NCBI GenBank assembly: GCA_050230475.1 | Contig: JBFLGF010000151.1 | Coordinates: 46,889 to 66,888 of the forward strand | Source: Ancylonema sp. | Lineage: Eukaryota | Direction: 5' to 3' | DNA length: 20,000 bases | Shown here: in pieces, positions 1 to 10,700 of the stretch | Numbering within the stretch: position 1 is the first letter of the stretch | How the letters are laid out: every line of letters begins with the position of its first letter | Translations under genes and position numbers: made by a program | The notes under the pieces: generated by a model | What the model saw: the letters and a program-made list of their open reading frames with translations, nothing else | Databases searched by the model: none | What the model was told of the DNA's origin: nothing

Positions 1-476
1 ACTTAATTTCACTCTTAGCCATAATACATTATTTTAAGCACAATTACTGATTTCAAGTCGGCTTGTGAGGGTTCGTGTCACCTCGCAACTGTCACGCTAT
101 TTACAAAAGGTCCCATGATGTTCTCAGTCTGGATTTTCGTGCATAGATTGCATGGCTTGTTGAAACTTCGTAATCACAATGAGTAAGAGAAAGGAATGAC
201 TTGTGTGACATGGGCGCTTCCTTGCCCACGGAGGCGCTGACATAGGGTTCACATCATCTCAACCATCAAGTGACATACTGCTCAAACCCTAAGCATCAAG
301 CATTCCTGACGCGCGGATACAAGCACAACCCATTATACCCGTTGTACATATATACAATGAAACGGTGGGCTTGACAACTGTTCTAAAACGAGGCAATCCT
401 CTTTCCGATAATTTTCTTCATGATATTTTTTAAAAACTTTATATTTACAAATTCAGTGTATTTCCAGCACACGAAG

Positions 477-2960
477 TCATGCTGCGTCTGGATGAGTGCC
501 ATCCAAGCGCGAAATTTCGTCCAAATCCGAACTGGTCAAACCACACTCGAGTGCCTTCAAATTCGATTCGATCCGGTTCCTATCGTGAGATCGCGGAATC
601 ACCACTTGCTGATCGCACATGGCCCATTTGAGGACCACCTGAAACACCCTCTCTTCCCCACAATTAAATCATTCTGATTTTATATCTTTCATTCCCAATT
701 ATATTGAATAAATGGAGGCGGAGTGTATCACTCATCGTAACGCAAGTGATGGTATTGTGCATCATTTGCATACAGGTGCATGTCACGAGCCACAGCACAG
801 ACACCCTCCTCCTCTTCCCACACATTCACATTCGTTTTGCAGATACCTACGCTATGCTTGGACCTCCATGCCTTCAAAGTTGTGGTGTCTCCATCACAAC
901 TTTACTCGACACAAACCCTATTCCGCACCCACAGTGAGGTGGCGGTACCTGAGCGGTCGAGCATCCCCGGGTGGCGGCCACTCGAGTGATAACCGGATGT
1001 GAGAGAACCGGATTCCTCCCAGGTGTCGCCTTCCCCTTGAATTGCCACTGACTTCCGAGGGTGCTGTACCCCATGTACTGAATGCCTTGCTGGCGGCAGA
1101 ACTCTCGCAGTGCTGCATTAGATTGGAGGGGGTCCGAGTGGCTTTTGCCACAGAGGGGGGAGGGGGAAGAGGTGAATATGGATGAGCAAGGGAAGGGGTG
1201 AGAGCAAACTAAGAGCCATCACACTTGTGCCTCTAAAAAGTACACTCCAGGCATTCGAACCCTGTTCGGGACAGCTGGTTTGGAACACGTTGAGGAGGCT
1301 CATAGGCCAAAATCCGTACCAAGTTTCCGGCCCATCCTAACCCATCCCAACCCATCCCCGACCAGGGAACACGTGTGGTCACCTTTGCAGGATATGGGGG
1401 CGGACTCGAGCCATTGCGAGTAGGGAGCGCATCTCCTCTTCCCCGAAGTTGCTCACCAACAAACCCCATCGACCAGGACCCGAGAACCCTAAAACCCTAA
1501 TTTGTCACTGCCTCCCCTCACGTGGAATCCTCAACCCATCGTCTTCGCGTGCTTCACACAAGGCTCCACTGCCAGCATTCCCAGGGGGGGCGAATCTGCG
1601 ATATCAGATGAGAGGAGTCCTGAGGACGCTCACCCCAATGCTGCGTATGAGGCCTTCATCGTACATCTCCTCCAGAGCTCGCCAGCTGCCCCCCCCACTC
1701 CCCTCACAACATGTGTGGCTCACACGCAAGACTGTATTCCATCATCAGAGATCACAGGTTACGGATCGACTTCCCGAGCTAAGAACCCAAGTAAGGTCGT
1801 CACCTGTCTTGCCAGGTGGCGGTTGGGAGGGGTGGCCCCTCGGGACAGATGGCAGGGACGCAGGAGGGGTAGTGGAGCAGGAAGAGGTCCAGATACGATG
1901 TATTCAACTCCTTCAACGAGTTCTGGAAGCAATCTACGGCGGATTGGTACCCGTGATGACGCGGGTGGAGCTGTGGCACGGGGCAGAGGATGCAGGGTGA
2001 GGTTCACACTCGACCGGAACCAGTTCCAGCCTCACCTTTGACACCAGGAAGAGGCTGTCTCGCGGCACAGAGGAGTGGCTGATGGCGGACCCCACCATGG
2101 CCTCCCGGTACCACTCCTTGGCTTGCGCAGAGTCGATGAGACTGGCCGAGAGATTGTTTGGAATGGAGGCTTTGAGATATGGAACTGATCGGTGCTGGCA
2201 TACCAAAACATCCCCTCATACAGGATCGCCTATGAAACATTCTGCCTGTAGAGAGCCCACATGCATACTGGGAGATACTGGGAGTGATTCCTCGTGTTTC
2301 ACTCGTGGAAACACCGGATGAGCTGTCATTTGGTCATCAAACTGAGTTGATGCTTACCGATACCCTGCCTCAATCGCCCATGCGACTGCCACCTCAGTTT
2401 CTGGACCAAGACCGGCCGTCCCGAATCCCAAACGAGGCACTGCAGGGTGAGGAGAAAAGGAGAGAGTCAGCACCGGCTGAAGAAATACGACTCTGACGTT
2501 TGACTTTGAGTTTTTGAGTTGGGACAACATCAGACTGTGAGACAAGCAAGCTGCAGGTGGGTCGTTGTAAATGGCGGATAGTCAAATGTTGCCTGCAGAG
2601 CCACTTCCAAATGTAGGATGCGTGCTGACGAATTTGGAGCTTACTTGATACGCCATTACTCAATTTTGCAGTCTCGCTGACGTGCCAGTCGGAACTACTT
2701 TTCTCCCCTAGGCGCGTATCTGACACCTTGTTACTGTATCCAATTTCCTCTGCAGCTGTGTTCGATACAAGGGAGTCGAGTGACTTTCTATTCAGGCTAA
2801 TGCGATGTTTAGGCGAGGAGCGCAGCGCAAATTGAAGGACGAGCAGAATCAGGGCACCGGCCGTTATCACGAGTGTGCTAATAGAAAGTTGAACGCATGG
2901 GGCGAATCGGGTAGATCGGACACGTCGGGCCGCCCTCATTTGGCCAGCTTCGACCCTCAT
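477..2960 (-). CDS. Aldo-keto reductase family protein with N-terminal hydrophobic signal-anchor, 8 exons, about 383 aa
   Basis: Hand-spliced exons (minus): 2960-2645, 2439-2358, 2141-2036, 1970-1804, 1685-1634, 1456-1383, 1141-949, 638-477. They total 1152 nt in frame and end at TGA 479-477. Translation has AKR motifs KLSNGVSMPRLGFGT, AIEAGYRLIDSAQAKEWY, LFLVSKLHP, YLDLFLLHYP, WRALEEMYDEGLIRSIGVSNF, GYSTLG and AQVVLKWAM..VVIPRS..RIESNL, with the catalytic D/Y/K/H tetrad present. Six introns are GT-AG; intron 5 lacks an AG at the expected position. The start could be ATG 2960 or 2939. Confidence 0.92.
1331..1359. repeat. Short 10-bp imperfect tandem repeat (CCCATCCYAA x3) in AKR intron 6
   Basis: cccatcctaa cccatcccaa cccatcccc read directly. 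Confidence 0.7.
1485..1500. repeat. Telomere-like/telo-box motif pair (AACCCTAAAACCCTAA) in AKR intron 5
   Basis: Resembles plant/green-algal telomeric units (TTTAGGG/TTTTAGGG) on the minus strand; only two units. Confidence 0.5.
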
Positions 2961-4748
2961 ACAATCAGCAAGGAAGTGATAGGGCGTTGTCTCGCTTTGC
3001 ACTGCTGTGACCTCGCCTACGCTGAAATGCTACCGACAAACTGAAAATGCGGGTGCGCTACATGTCAGGCTGGTGGCGTAGCGGCGTAGCTGCCCAGCGC
3101 ACGGTTTTCCCAGCTGTGACGTCCTGAAACACACAAGCTGGCATGTAAGAGCATCCCTAGGCTACATATTTTACCCGCTAAGTGTTTGGCGCGTAGCACG
3201 CCGTCTAAGGCGGCACTACTATCACCGACAACCCCTTCAAATGGAGATACCCCTCAAAAGGAATAACTACTTATACCGGGATTTAAAAAAAAGTGAATTG
3301 GTCGAGACTCTGGCCGCTGGGTGGGATGTGCGTCGTATTAAGCGTGTCCATCTCTCTAAATTGGAAACTTGAGTGTGCACGCATATGAACGAGTGCACAT
3401 AGAGACTTTCAATTCCAAAAGTACAACGACAACATTGATGAATGCTATAGTGCAATCGGACCACTTCAAATTGTGGACGCTGTATGGGGTGGGTGGGTGT
3501 GCTTATAACTCGATTGGGCGCGACAGTGCATGCTTCTTGACAATTGTCGAACGGGAGTACAAAAAAAGTGCGTGTGAAGCAAGGGTTATTCATATGATGG
3601 ATTTAGCCATAAGAGTATATCATTTCGCGCAAGTAATATTTGCACAAAGATGTGTGTGCTTGTGCTAAATGTCATGCACAAGTACACACATCTTGCGCTT
3701 GTCGCCACGACAAAGCCTCGAATGTTTTATTTCGCGAGATCAAATTCCGAACGCGAAGTTTGGACTGTATTGCTGGATTCCGACCATTGGTTTGACCGTG
3801 AACTCTTTCTCACCACGATTTTTTTTGTTTTTCAAGATAAGAATGTTGGGTCATAATCCTGACATTGGTATGTCTCATTGACCTACCTTTCACAAGATTT
3901 TTTAGACATCACGTACTGAATGGCGTCAAGTGTACCCAATGAACATCTCGCTAAATGCTTGCGTTTCAACTATCTAGAGATGCGTGTGGCAATGGGACAA
4001 CGTGTGGTTTCGATTCGGAGATTCCGCTGCCCTCATATTGGAAATATATCCATCTAAGACAACCGTACACGCTCTCTTCTTCTTTATCAGCAATTGAATG
4101 AATGAAGAATAAGAACTCTCCAGGTTTCGAAGTTTCGAAGGAAAAACTTTCGAATGAAGAATGCTATCAATCTGGTTCACTTTGTAAATGTGTTAAATGC
4201 TGTTTACATACCACACTAAGCCTACCAAAAACACATGCACACCATGCCTTCCACCAGAATCACCGGTTCATTTGTCAGAATCATTTGCCAAAAAACATCA
4301 CCTCCCATCCCCAATTGTATCATATCGGAGGGGCCACAATGATGTCTCATCCATCACACAAACCTCATGCGTACATCATCAGGACCTTTTGAAATCGGCA
4401 AGTCGCTTGTTTCAACAATCTAAAAGAAGAATTAAAGGACCACATGCTACAGCACTGTAACAATGATCCCCAATGTTTGGATTTGACAAACTCTTGCACT
4501 TCAAACTTCTTGCTGCTTTATGTACAAAAGTGTGAGTGACTGACTTCAGGCCCTTGTGCACAGTTTTGGCGTACCATCAAAACAGCCTAGAAGCAGATGC
4601 GTCATCACCAACACATTCTCTTTCGCACCTACATCATTTCAGGCAAGATCCATCCTGTATCCACTCCTTTGAAGCCAGCTGCTTCCTCAATCTCTATGTC
4701 ATTGAGGATGTAAAACTAGACTGATAGTTCCTTTCCAGAAGTGGGGGC

Positions 4749-5372
4749 TTAGTGTCTATTAAAGGTGCCACTTACCACGCAGTAAGCACAGACCAATCGT
4801 TGTGAGATGTACACCAGAACAGCGAATGAAAGGCATACAAGGGTTACATCGCGTATATCCCCGTGCTCCCTCGGTGCCAAAAATGTTGCCACTTCATCTA
4901 TCAGCTTGGCCAGATTTCGAGGCGGCCCCTCGGTAGACGGTGGCGTATCCCCTGATGATGAGGCGGACGGATTTAAATCCAATTCATCGGAAGGGAACCC
5001 AAGCTGAGAGGATTTTGGGATGCTGTCTGCCGCATTCGCACAGACAGAGGTCTGAGACGCTGTGGCCTCCGCATGCTTTTTCTGATCGTCCGCATACTTC
5101 TCAAGACGGCTGAGAACAGATCGTGAGGAATTGTCGAGTTCGGATTTCGGGTTTGATTGCCTAGTAGAATTGCAAGATATTCGAGTAACAGGTATACTGC
5201 AAATCCTATGCCCCCGCCGAATCAAGAAGCAGTTGCTGATACCAGTTGGCCAGTGCGTTGCGCGACGTATTGATATATCACATCGCACATACATCGGAGC
5301 TCTGCATACTGTCGAATGGGCGGAATTCGTGGTAGTGGTGGACAGGTTTAAGCAAGATTTAAGATCTGCCAT
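4749..5372 (-). CDS. Uncharacterised protein (about 207 aa) with probable organellar transit peptide and C-terminal hydrophobic segment
   Basis: Intronless ORF; first ATG at 5372 (MADLKSCLNLSTTTTNSAHSTVCRA..., S/T/R-rich). Low-complexity middle, then C-terminal FLAPREHGDIRDVTLVCLSFAVLVYISQRLVCAYC, which I recall resembling a small conserved plant hypothetical family (not verified by search). Confidence 0.75.
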   Translation of the reverse strand: MADLKSCLNLSTTTTNSAHSTVCRAPMYVRCDISIRRATHWPTGISNCFLIRRGHRICSIPVTRISCNSTRQSNPKSELDNSSRSVLSRLEKYADDQKKHAEATASQTSVCANAADSIPKSSQLGFPSDELDLNPSASSSGDTPPSTEGPPRNLAKLIDEVATFLAPREHGDIRDVTLVCLSFAVLVYISQRLVCAYCVVSGTFNRH

Positions 5373-7653
5373 AACTCTGCCAGACAACCCACACACACCC
5401 TCGTGACTCTAGAGTTAAGAGCTATTGCACTTTCTGATAGAGGGCATGGCATGCTGTTTATGTGAAGCCAGAGTTGTATTGCATCCGCCAGATTTATGAA
5501 TGGCTTATTATCGCACGATCTGCTTTTCCCGCAACGTTTTAGTGCTCTCGTATGTCATGCATGCGGATCCAGGACGTGCACCTCAAAACGTTATGCGTAT
5601 CTGGAACAAGGACCACTTCTGGCGTGGGGCCGAGCGCCTCGTCAACAGTCGTTGTACTGATCTGGAACTCGTTTTCCCAGGTCTTCAGGGAATGTTCGAT
5701 ACAACAAATCGAAACACGTACAACTTATGCTCCAACAGAATTTCAGCAAGCAAGCTGCAATTGGTCAGAAGTCCAAAAAATGACACGTTTCCATCGACAC
5801 ATAACTCACATCCGCACACACAATTTGTATTGTCGAATATCAGGTGCCTGTATGGTGACTTGTTAGAGAATGGGTGAATGTACCTATACGGTGAAATGAT
5901 GCGGGTGCGGGTATTTGCATCCTAAGCCATGTTTACACATGCGTGGGTACTTTCGATGTCATTACAATTTGGCACGTGTCAAAACGGAAGCATTTATCAA
6001 TCAAGTTTCGATTGGCAATGAAGGCATTGAAGCACATCATAATTCCCATGCCACTTGCGGCAACATACCCGGAGGGACACTCTGGCATGTTGGCAAGCCG
6101 ATGCAGGTCCTCATACGTCTCTGAATTTTTTTATAGAGTACATCAACTCAGGCTAGAGGCACTGTTGCTCTCAGTCCACAGTAAGTAACAACAAGTCTCA
6201 GGGTGCTGCATTGTTGTATCCTGAATTTTGCGCCATAAAAAGTTTGAATCGGCAGTACAAATGGACTACATGACGACATAATATGGTGCATGTCAGCCAT
6301 GCATTGTATCGTAGTGATTTGTGTGCCGTCATTGATGGAATACTTGGCTAGGATGCGAGTAGCAAGTATACTTGACGGCAGGCTATATTTGATGCGCCGC
6401 AAAACGACTGTAATCTTGATGCAAATATCTCATATGAGCTTTGTACACCTCGGGTACCTGTTTGATGTGCTTCATAAACGAATGAAGTATGTACATTAGC
6501 CAATTGTTATCGCGCATGGATATGTGGTGGATCTCGACTAGATCATAGAGTGCAGGTGTATTCAATCATGTGAGAAGTTAGGAAGTGTTTCGCACGTGTG
6601 AAATGTATCATGCGACAAAATTCGTTGTAACGATAGTATGGCACGTGCAAGTACACAATGCTAGATGGCACGACATGTAAAATTATTTTGTTTTTTTGGG
6701 TTTGGCCCTTTATTGGCGAGAGTGTCGATTGCATTGCAACAAAAACCGAATCCGGGCCTGTGACCCTGAAGAGCCCGCTCTTGCGAGAACCTCGTCGAAT
6801 CCGGCGTCATAGGTGGCGACGTGAAGGGCAGTTTGTTGCATAAATATGTTTTTATTATAAACATGTTTATCTCTCTTTTAGGCATTAGTTCACTCGCATC
6901 GGACACCTTTTCGTCTTATTAGTATGGGAATCTTGTCGTTTGTTCATATTGGAGCAAATGTGTTGGTCGTTCACTTCGATAATTTCTCCGAAGGTATCGA
7001 CCGAGGGATAGGGCAATCTGATTGGTTCCACGATACCAAACCTGCGAGACTCCTCGACACAATTTAGTACATGGCTCTTGATTGCGACACGTCACTTTGG
7101 GCGCGGTGTTCATTTTTTTGCAACGAAAATTTGAGATTTAAAAATTGTAAACCGAAAATATGCTTCGCACGTAACATCTGATATGTGCACTGGACACGTC
7201 TTGTCAAAGAGGTTTTTAAAATCCCTAATTTGATGTTTTTTGAGTTTACAAGTTTTCGAAATTTCTACATGCCGGAAGACCGCGAGGACCAACCGGGATC
7301 AGGACCTGGGACTGGGACCAACCCGAACTAAACGAGTTTGTAGAAGTCCGCTCAAGGATGGTTCATGATCACATTATCATCTCGGATACCGTGTCTAGAT
7401 CGGGTCCACGCGTGAAATCGTCATTGCCACCAAATATGCCGTGAAAAAACTTCCTCTGACATCCAAACATTCAACATTCAATATTGTCGAATAACACGCA
7501 GAAGTCAATCATCGTGCGGACTTCTTCACCCTTTCGACTTTATGAAGACTTTACTTCGGAGACTTTAAGCTTTGTAAAAGGTCCAAATGAAGAATGACAA
7601 ACGATAGACATGGTAAAAGCAATGTGATATTCGCAAAACCCTCTGACTCGTAT

Positions 7654-7738
7654 TCTAGGTCTAGGTCTCGGTCTGGGTCTAGGTCTAGATCCAAGTCTAC
7701 ACGTGCAGGTCTGGATCTAAACCTAGATCGAGGTCTGT
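7654..7738. repeat. Degenerate hexamer array (TCTAGG-like) just downstream of the PPR stop codon
   Basis: tctagg tctagg tctcgg tctggg tctagg tctaga tccaag tctaca ... tctgga tctaaa cctaga tcgagg; reads SRSRSRSGSRSRSKST on plus. Confidence 0.7.
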
Positions 7739-7791
7739 CATGCAACAATAGCCTTTGATTTTAAGGACAAAGTGTGTCCATTCCCACCCCT

Positions 7792-10700
7792 TCATCTCAA
7801 CGGATGCTCCAAGTCAACATCCACTTTTTGCACTGTCCCCAAAAACTCTCGCACTTCATCGGGGCTTCCCGTAGCGATGTGTGCCTCTGCCAGCGCTTCA
7901 TAGGTGTCGTCTTCAGGCCTGCATGCGGTCATCCTGACAGCTTACAACACAAAAATATAATGCACAATGTCCCATAGCGGCTAGGCACTAGCCTAGGAAT
8001 CATAATCTCCCCGCAATCAAAATATCCGCCTCCACAAGCCGTGTCTCTTACCGCACCGACCAAACAAGAAGAGTCAAAGGGAGAAGAAACGAGCAGCTCT
8101 TATCACCTCATGCCTTCTCTCCTCATCCTCTGCGTCAGTCGCAATGCGTCAGAGAGGCGGCCCAGATTGGTCGTGTGGGTGATGAGGGTGGTGTATGTGA
8201 ACTGGTTGGCTGGCACGCCGCCACGTGTCATCTCCCCAAGGACTCGGATGGCATCATCCACCCGCCCATACTTGCTGACAGCACACAAAGACCACCCCGG
8301 GCTCACAATGTGCTCCATAAACCTTCCTCTCTGATGAATCAAGAGTATGGCTGTCATGGTTGAATGGCTGTCATGGTTACCGAGTACAGGTTTATATTGC
8401 TTTAATACGATCATTGTCATCAAGTGTGAGGGTTGAAACGCTTCGGTAATTCATCGACTTTTCCGGCTTCGGTACTTGGAATTGGATTTCGGAATTCAGT
8501 ATGGTGGGGTTGCGTGATCGTAACCATTTTCGAATTTGAGGGACCAATACATAGAGGGCTTTAGGGCTTCAGGGTTTTCAGCCAACCAGAATGCCAGGAT
8601 GAGGGTGTTGTACGAAATTGCGTCGGGTGTCACCCCTTCCCTCCGCATTCTGCCCAATGTTTCTTCTGCCAGCTGGCACAAACCCATTCTGCCGTACGCC
8701 CCCAGGATGGAGTTGAAGGTAACCGCATCCGGACGCAGACCGGAAGCTTCCAACCTCTCCAACACCGACTCCATCTGAAGGGGGGGGGGGGGAGTGTATC
8801 GTGCGTATCCTGTCACTCAACCGTGTGGTGTGGATTCGCGGATTCGCATCGCAGGAACAGGGACGTGAAAGGTTGAAAGACAGACCCAAAAAAGAAAAAA
8901 AAAAAAAAAGGGTCCAAAAAGGGTCCAAAAAGGGTCCAAAAAGGGTCCAAAAAGGGTCCAAAAAGGGTCCAAAAAGGGTCCAAAAAGGGTCCAAAAAGGG
9001 TCCAAAAAGGGTCCAAAAAGGGTCCAAAAAGGGTCCAAAAAGGGTCCAAAAAGGGTCCAGAAAGGGGCGGTTTGTGTGTGCCTGCACCTGCCCCAGGTTC
9101 CCCATCTTCCCGTGCATCGCCACCACCGCATTCCACACGCCCACATCTGGAGCAAACCCCTCCTCCGCCACCTGTCGCATCGCCCTCTCCGCCTCCTCCA
9201 CCTGCCTCGTCTTGGCATATGCCACCACCACGCTCTTCAGCAGCCCGAAGGCGCCCCGCAGCTCCCCCCTCCCCCGCATCACCTCCACCGCCTCCCGCAG
9301 CTTCTCCCCCTCCCCCCCCGCCGCGTACGCGTGCAGGAGGGCAGAAAACGCCCCCTGGTCCGGTTTCAGTCCCCGGGACCGCATTTCTGCCACCAGGGCT
9401 TCTGCCGCCTCCCACTTGCCCTCCCTGGCGTAGGCAGAAAGGAGGGTGGTGAAGGTGGCGTTGCTGGGCGCCACCTGTCCCCTCTGCATCGCTTCAAACA
9501 CCTTCCGCGCATCCTCTGCCGACCCGCAGCGCGCGTAGGCGTGGATCAAAATGTTGTACGTGTACAGGGAGAGGGGGCAAGCCTCGGCCCTCATCTGCTT
9601 CAACACTTTTGCCACTTTTGCCGCCTGCCCCGCCCGCCCGTACGCCGCCAGGAGGGTGTTGAAAGTCACTTCGGTCGGAGAGCTCCCACTGTCCCTGAGA
9701 TCGCCGAACACGGCCTCCATTTCTGCCAGCTGCCCCTTTTTGCCGTGCATGCTGAGCATGGTGTTGTAGGTGTGCAGGTTCGGGCGGCAGAACCCCCCCC
9801 TCCCTTCTGCCATCTGCCCGTACAGCTGCCTCGCTTTCGCCTCCTCCCCCGCCGTCCCGTAGCCCGCCAGGAGAGTGGTGAGGGTCACCACTCCGACCTC
9901 CACCCCCTCCTCACGCATTTCTGCCACCAACCTTTCTGCCACCCCCACCTCCCCCGCCTTGCCCTTCAGTGCGATGAGGTGGTTGTAGGACACGGCATTG
10001 GGGCGGCAAAAGGCCTTCCGCATGCGCCCCAGTACTTGTGCCGCCCTCTCCCCATCCCCCAGCCTCCCATACATCCCCATGAGGGAGTTGAAGGTCACCA
10101 CGTCTGCCTCAACGCCCCTTTCTGCCATTTCCCTCGCCACCCCTTCTGCCTCTGTCACTAACCCCCCCCTGGCGGCTGCGCCGATCATCATGTTATAAGT
10201 TCGGAGGGACCGGGGGAGGCCCTGTCTGTCCATCTCCTCCACCACCTCTCTGACGCGTTTCCACGACCCCTTCCGACGGCCATGGACGCCGATGATGACG
10301 TTATAGGTCACCTCCGACGGCTGGATCCCGTCACGTTTCATCTGTTCAAAATGCGTCAGAGCTTCTTTGTACCGCCCCTGCTTGGCGAGAGAAGACAGGT
10401 GGCAGGTGTGGGTGACCACCGGGGGGGTCCTCGTACTGCGCCAGGGTTCCCGTCCTGTCTGCGAGCGAGCACCACAGCAGCGATGGGAGCGTCAACGACG
10501 GCGCCATGTGGAACCTTACCGCAATCGGTACCTTTGCATTGCCCCCCAGCCTCAAAGGCGGGACTCCGTCGGATTTTTGGCCAGCTTCATCCGTTCTATT
10601 GTCGGATTCCTTTGTGCTGGGGGTGCTGTGGAAGTTTCTGGGGAAATTCAGGGAGTCGAGGAATCGGTGGAAAGTGCCGGTTGGTCAGTCTCGGCGCAAT

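Noticed and set aside
1449..2041. Plus-strand 183-aa and 179-aa ORFs
   Set aside because: Antisense to AKR exons and introns, non-ATG starts, no recognisable domain.
5500..7300. Short ORFs and scattered CACGTG/ACGTG boxes between the 5372 gene and the PPR gene
   Set aside because: ORFs have no recognisable domains, and CACGTG-like words are common throughout the window, so enrichment is not demonstrated.
7441..7590. Possible Copia RNase H remnant (KH...ADFFT)
   Set aside because: Only a few residues match and the spacing is wrong; not supportable without a search.
8578..9087. C-terminal FLDPFWTLFGP repeats of the 613-aa ORF and the antisense VQKGSKKGPKR repeat ORFs
   Set aside because: Read-through of an intronic 11-bp minisatellite; splicing 9088 to 8774 restores an exact 35-aa PPR repeat.
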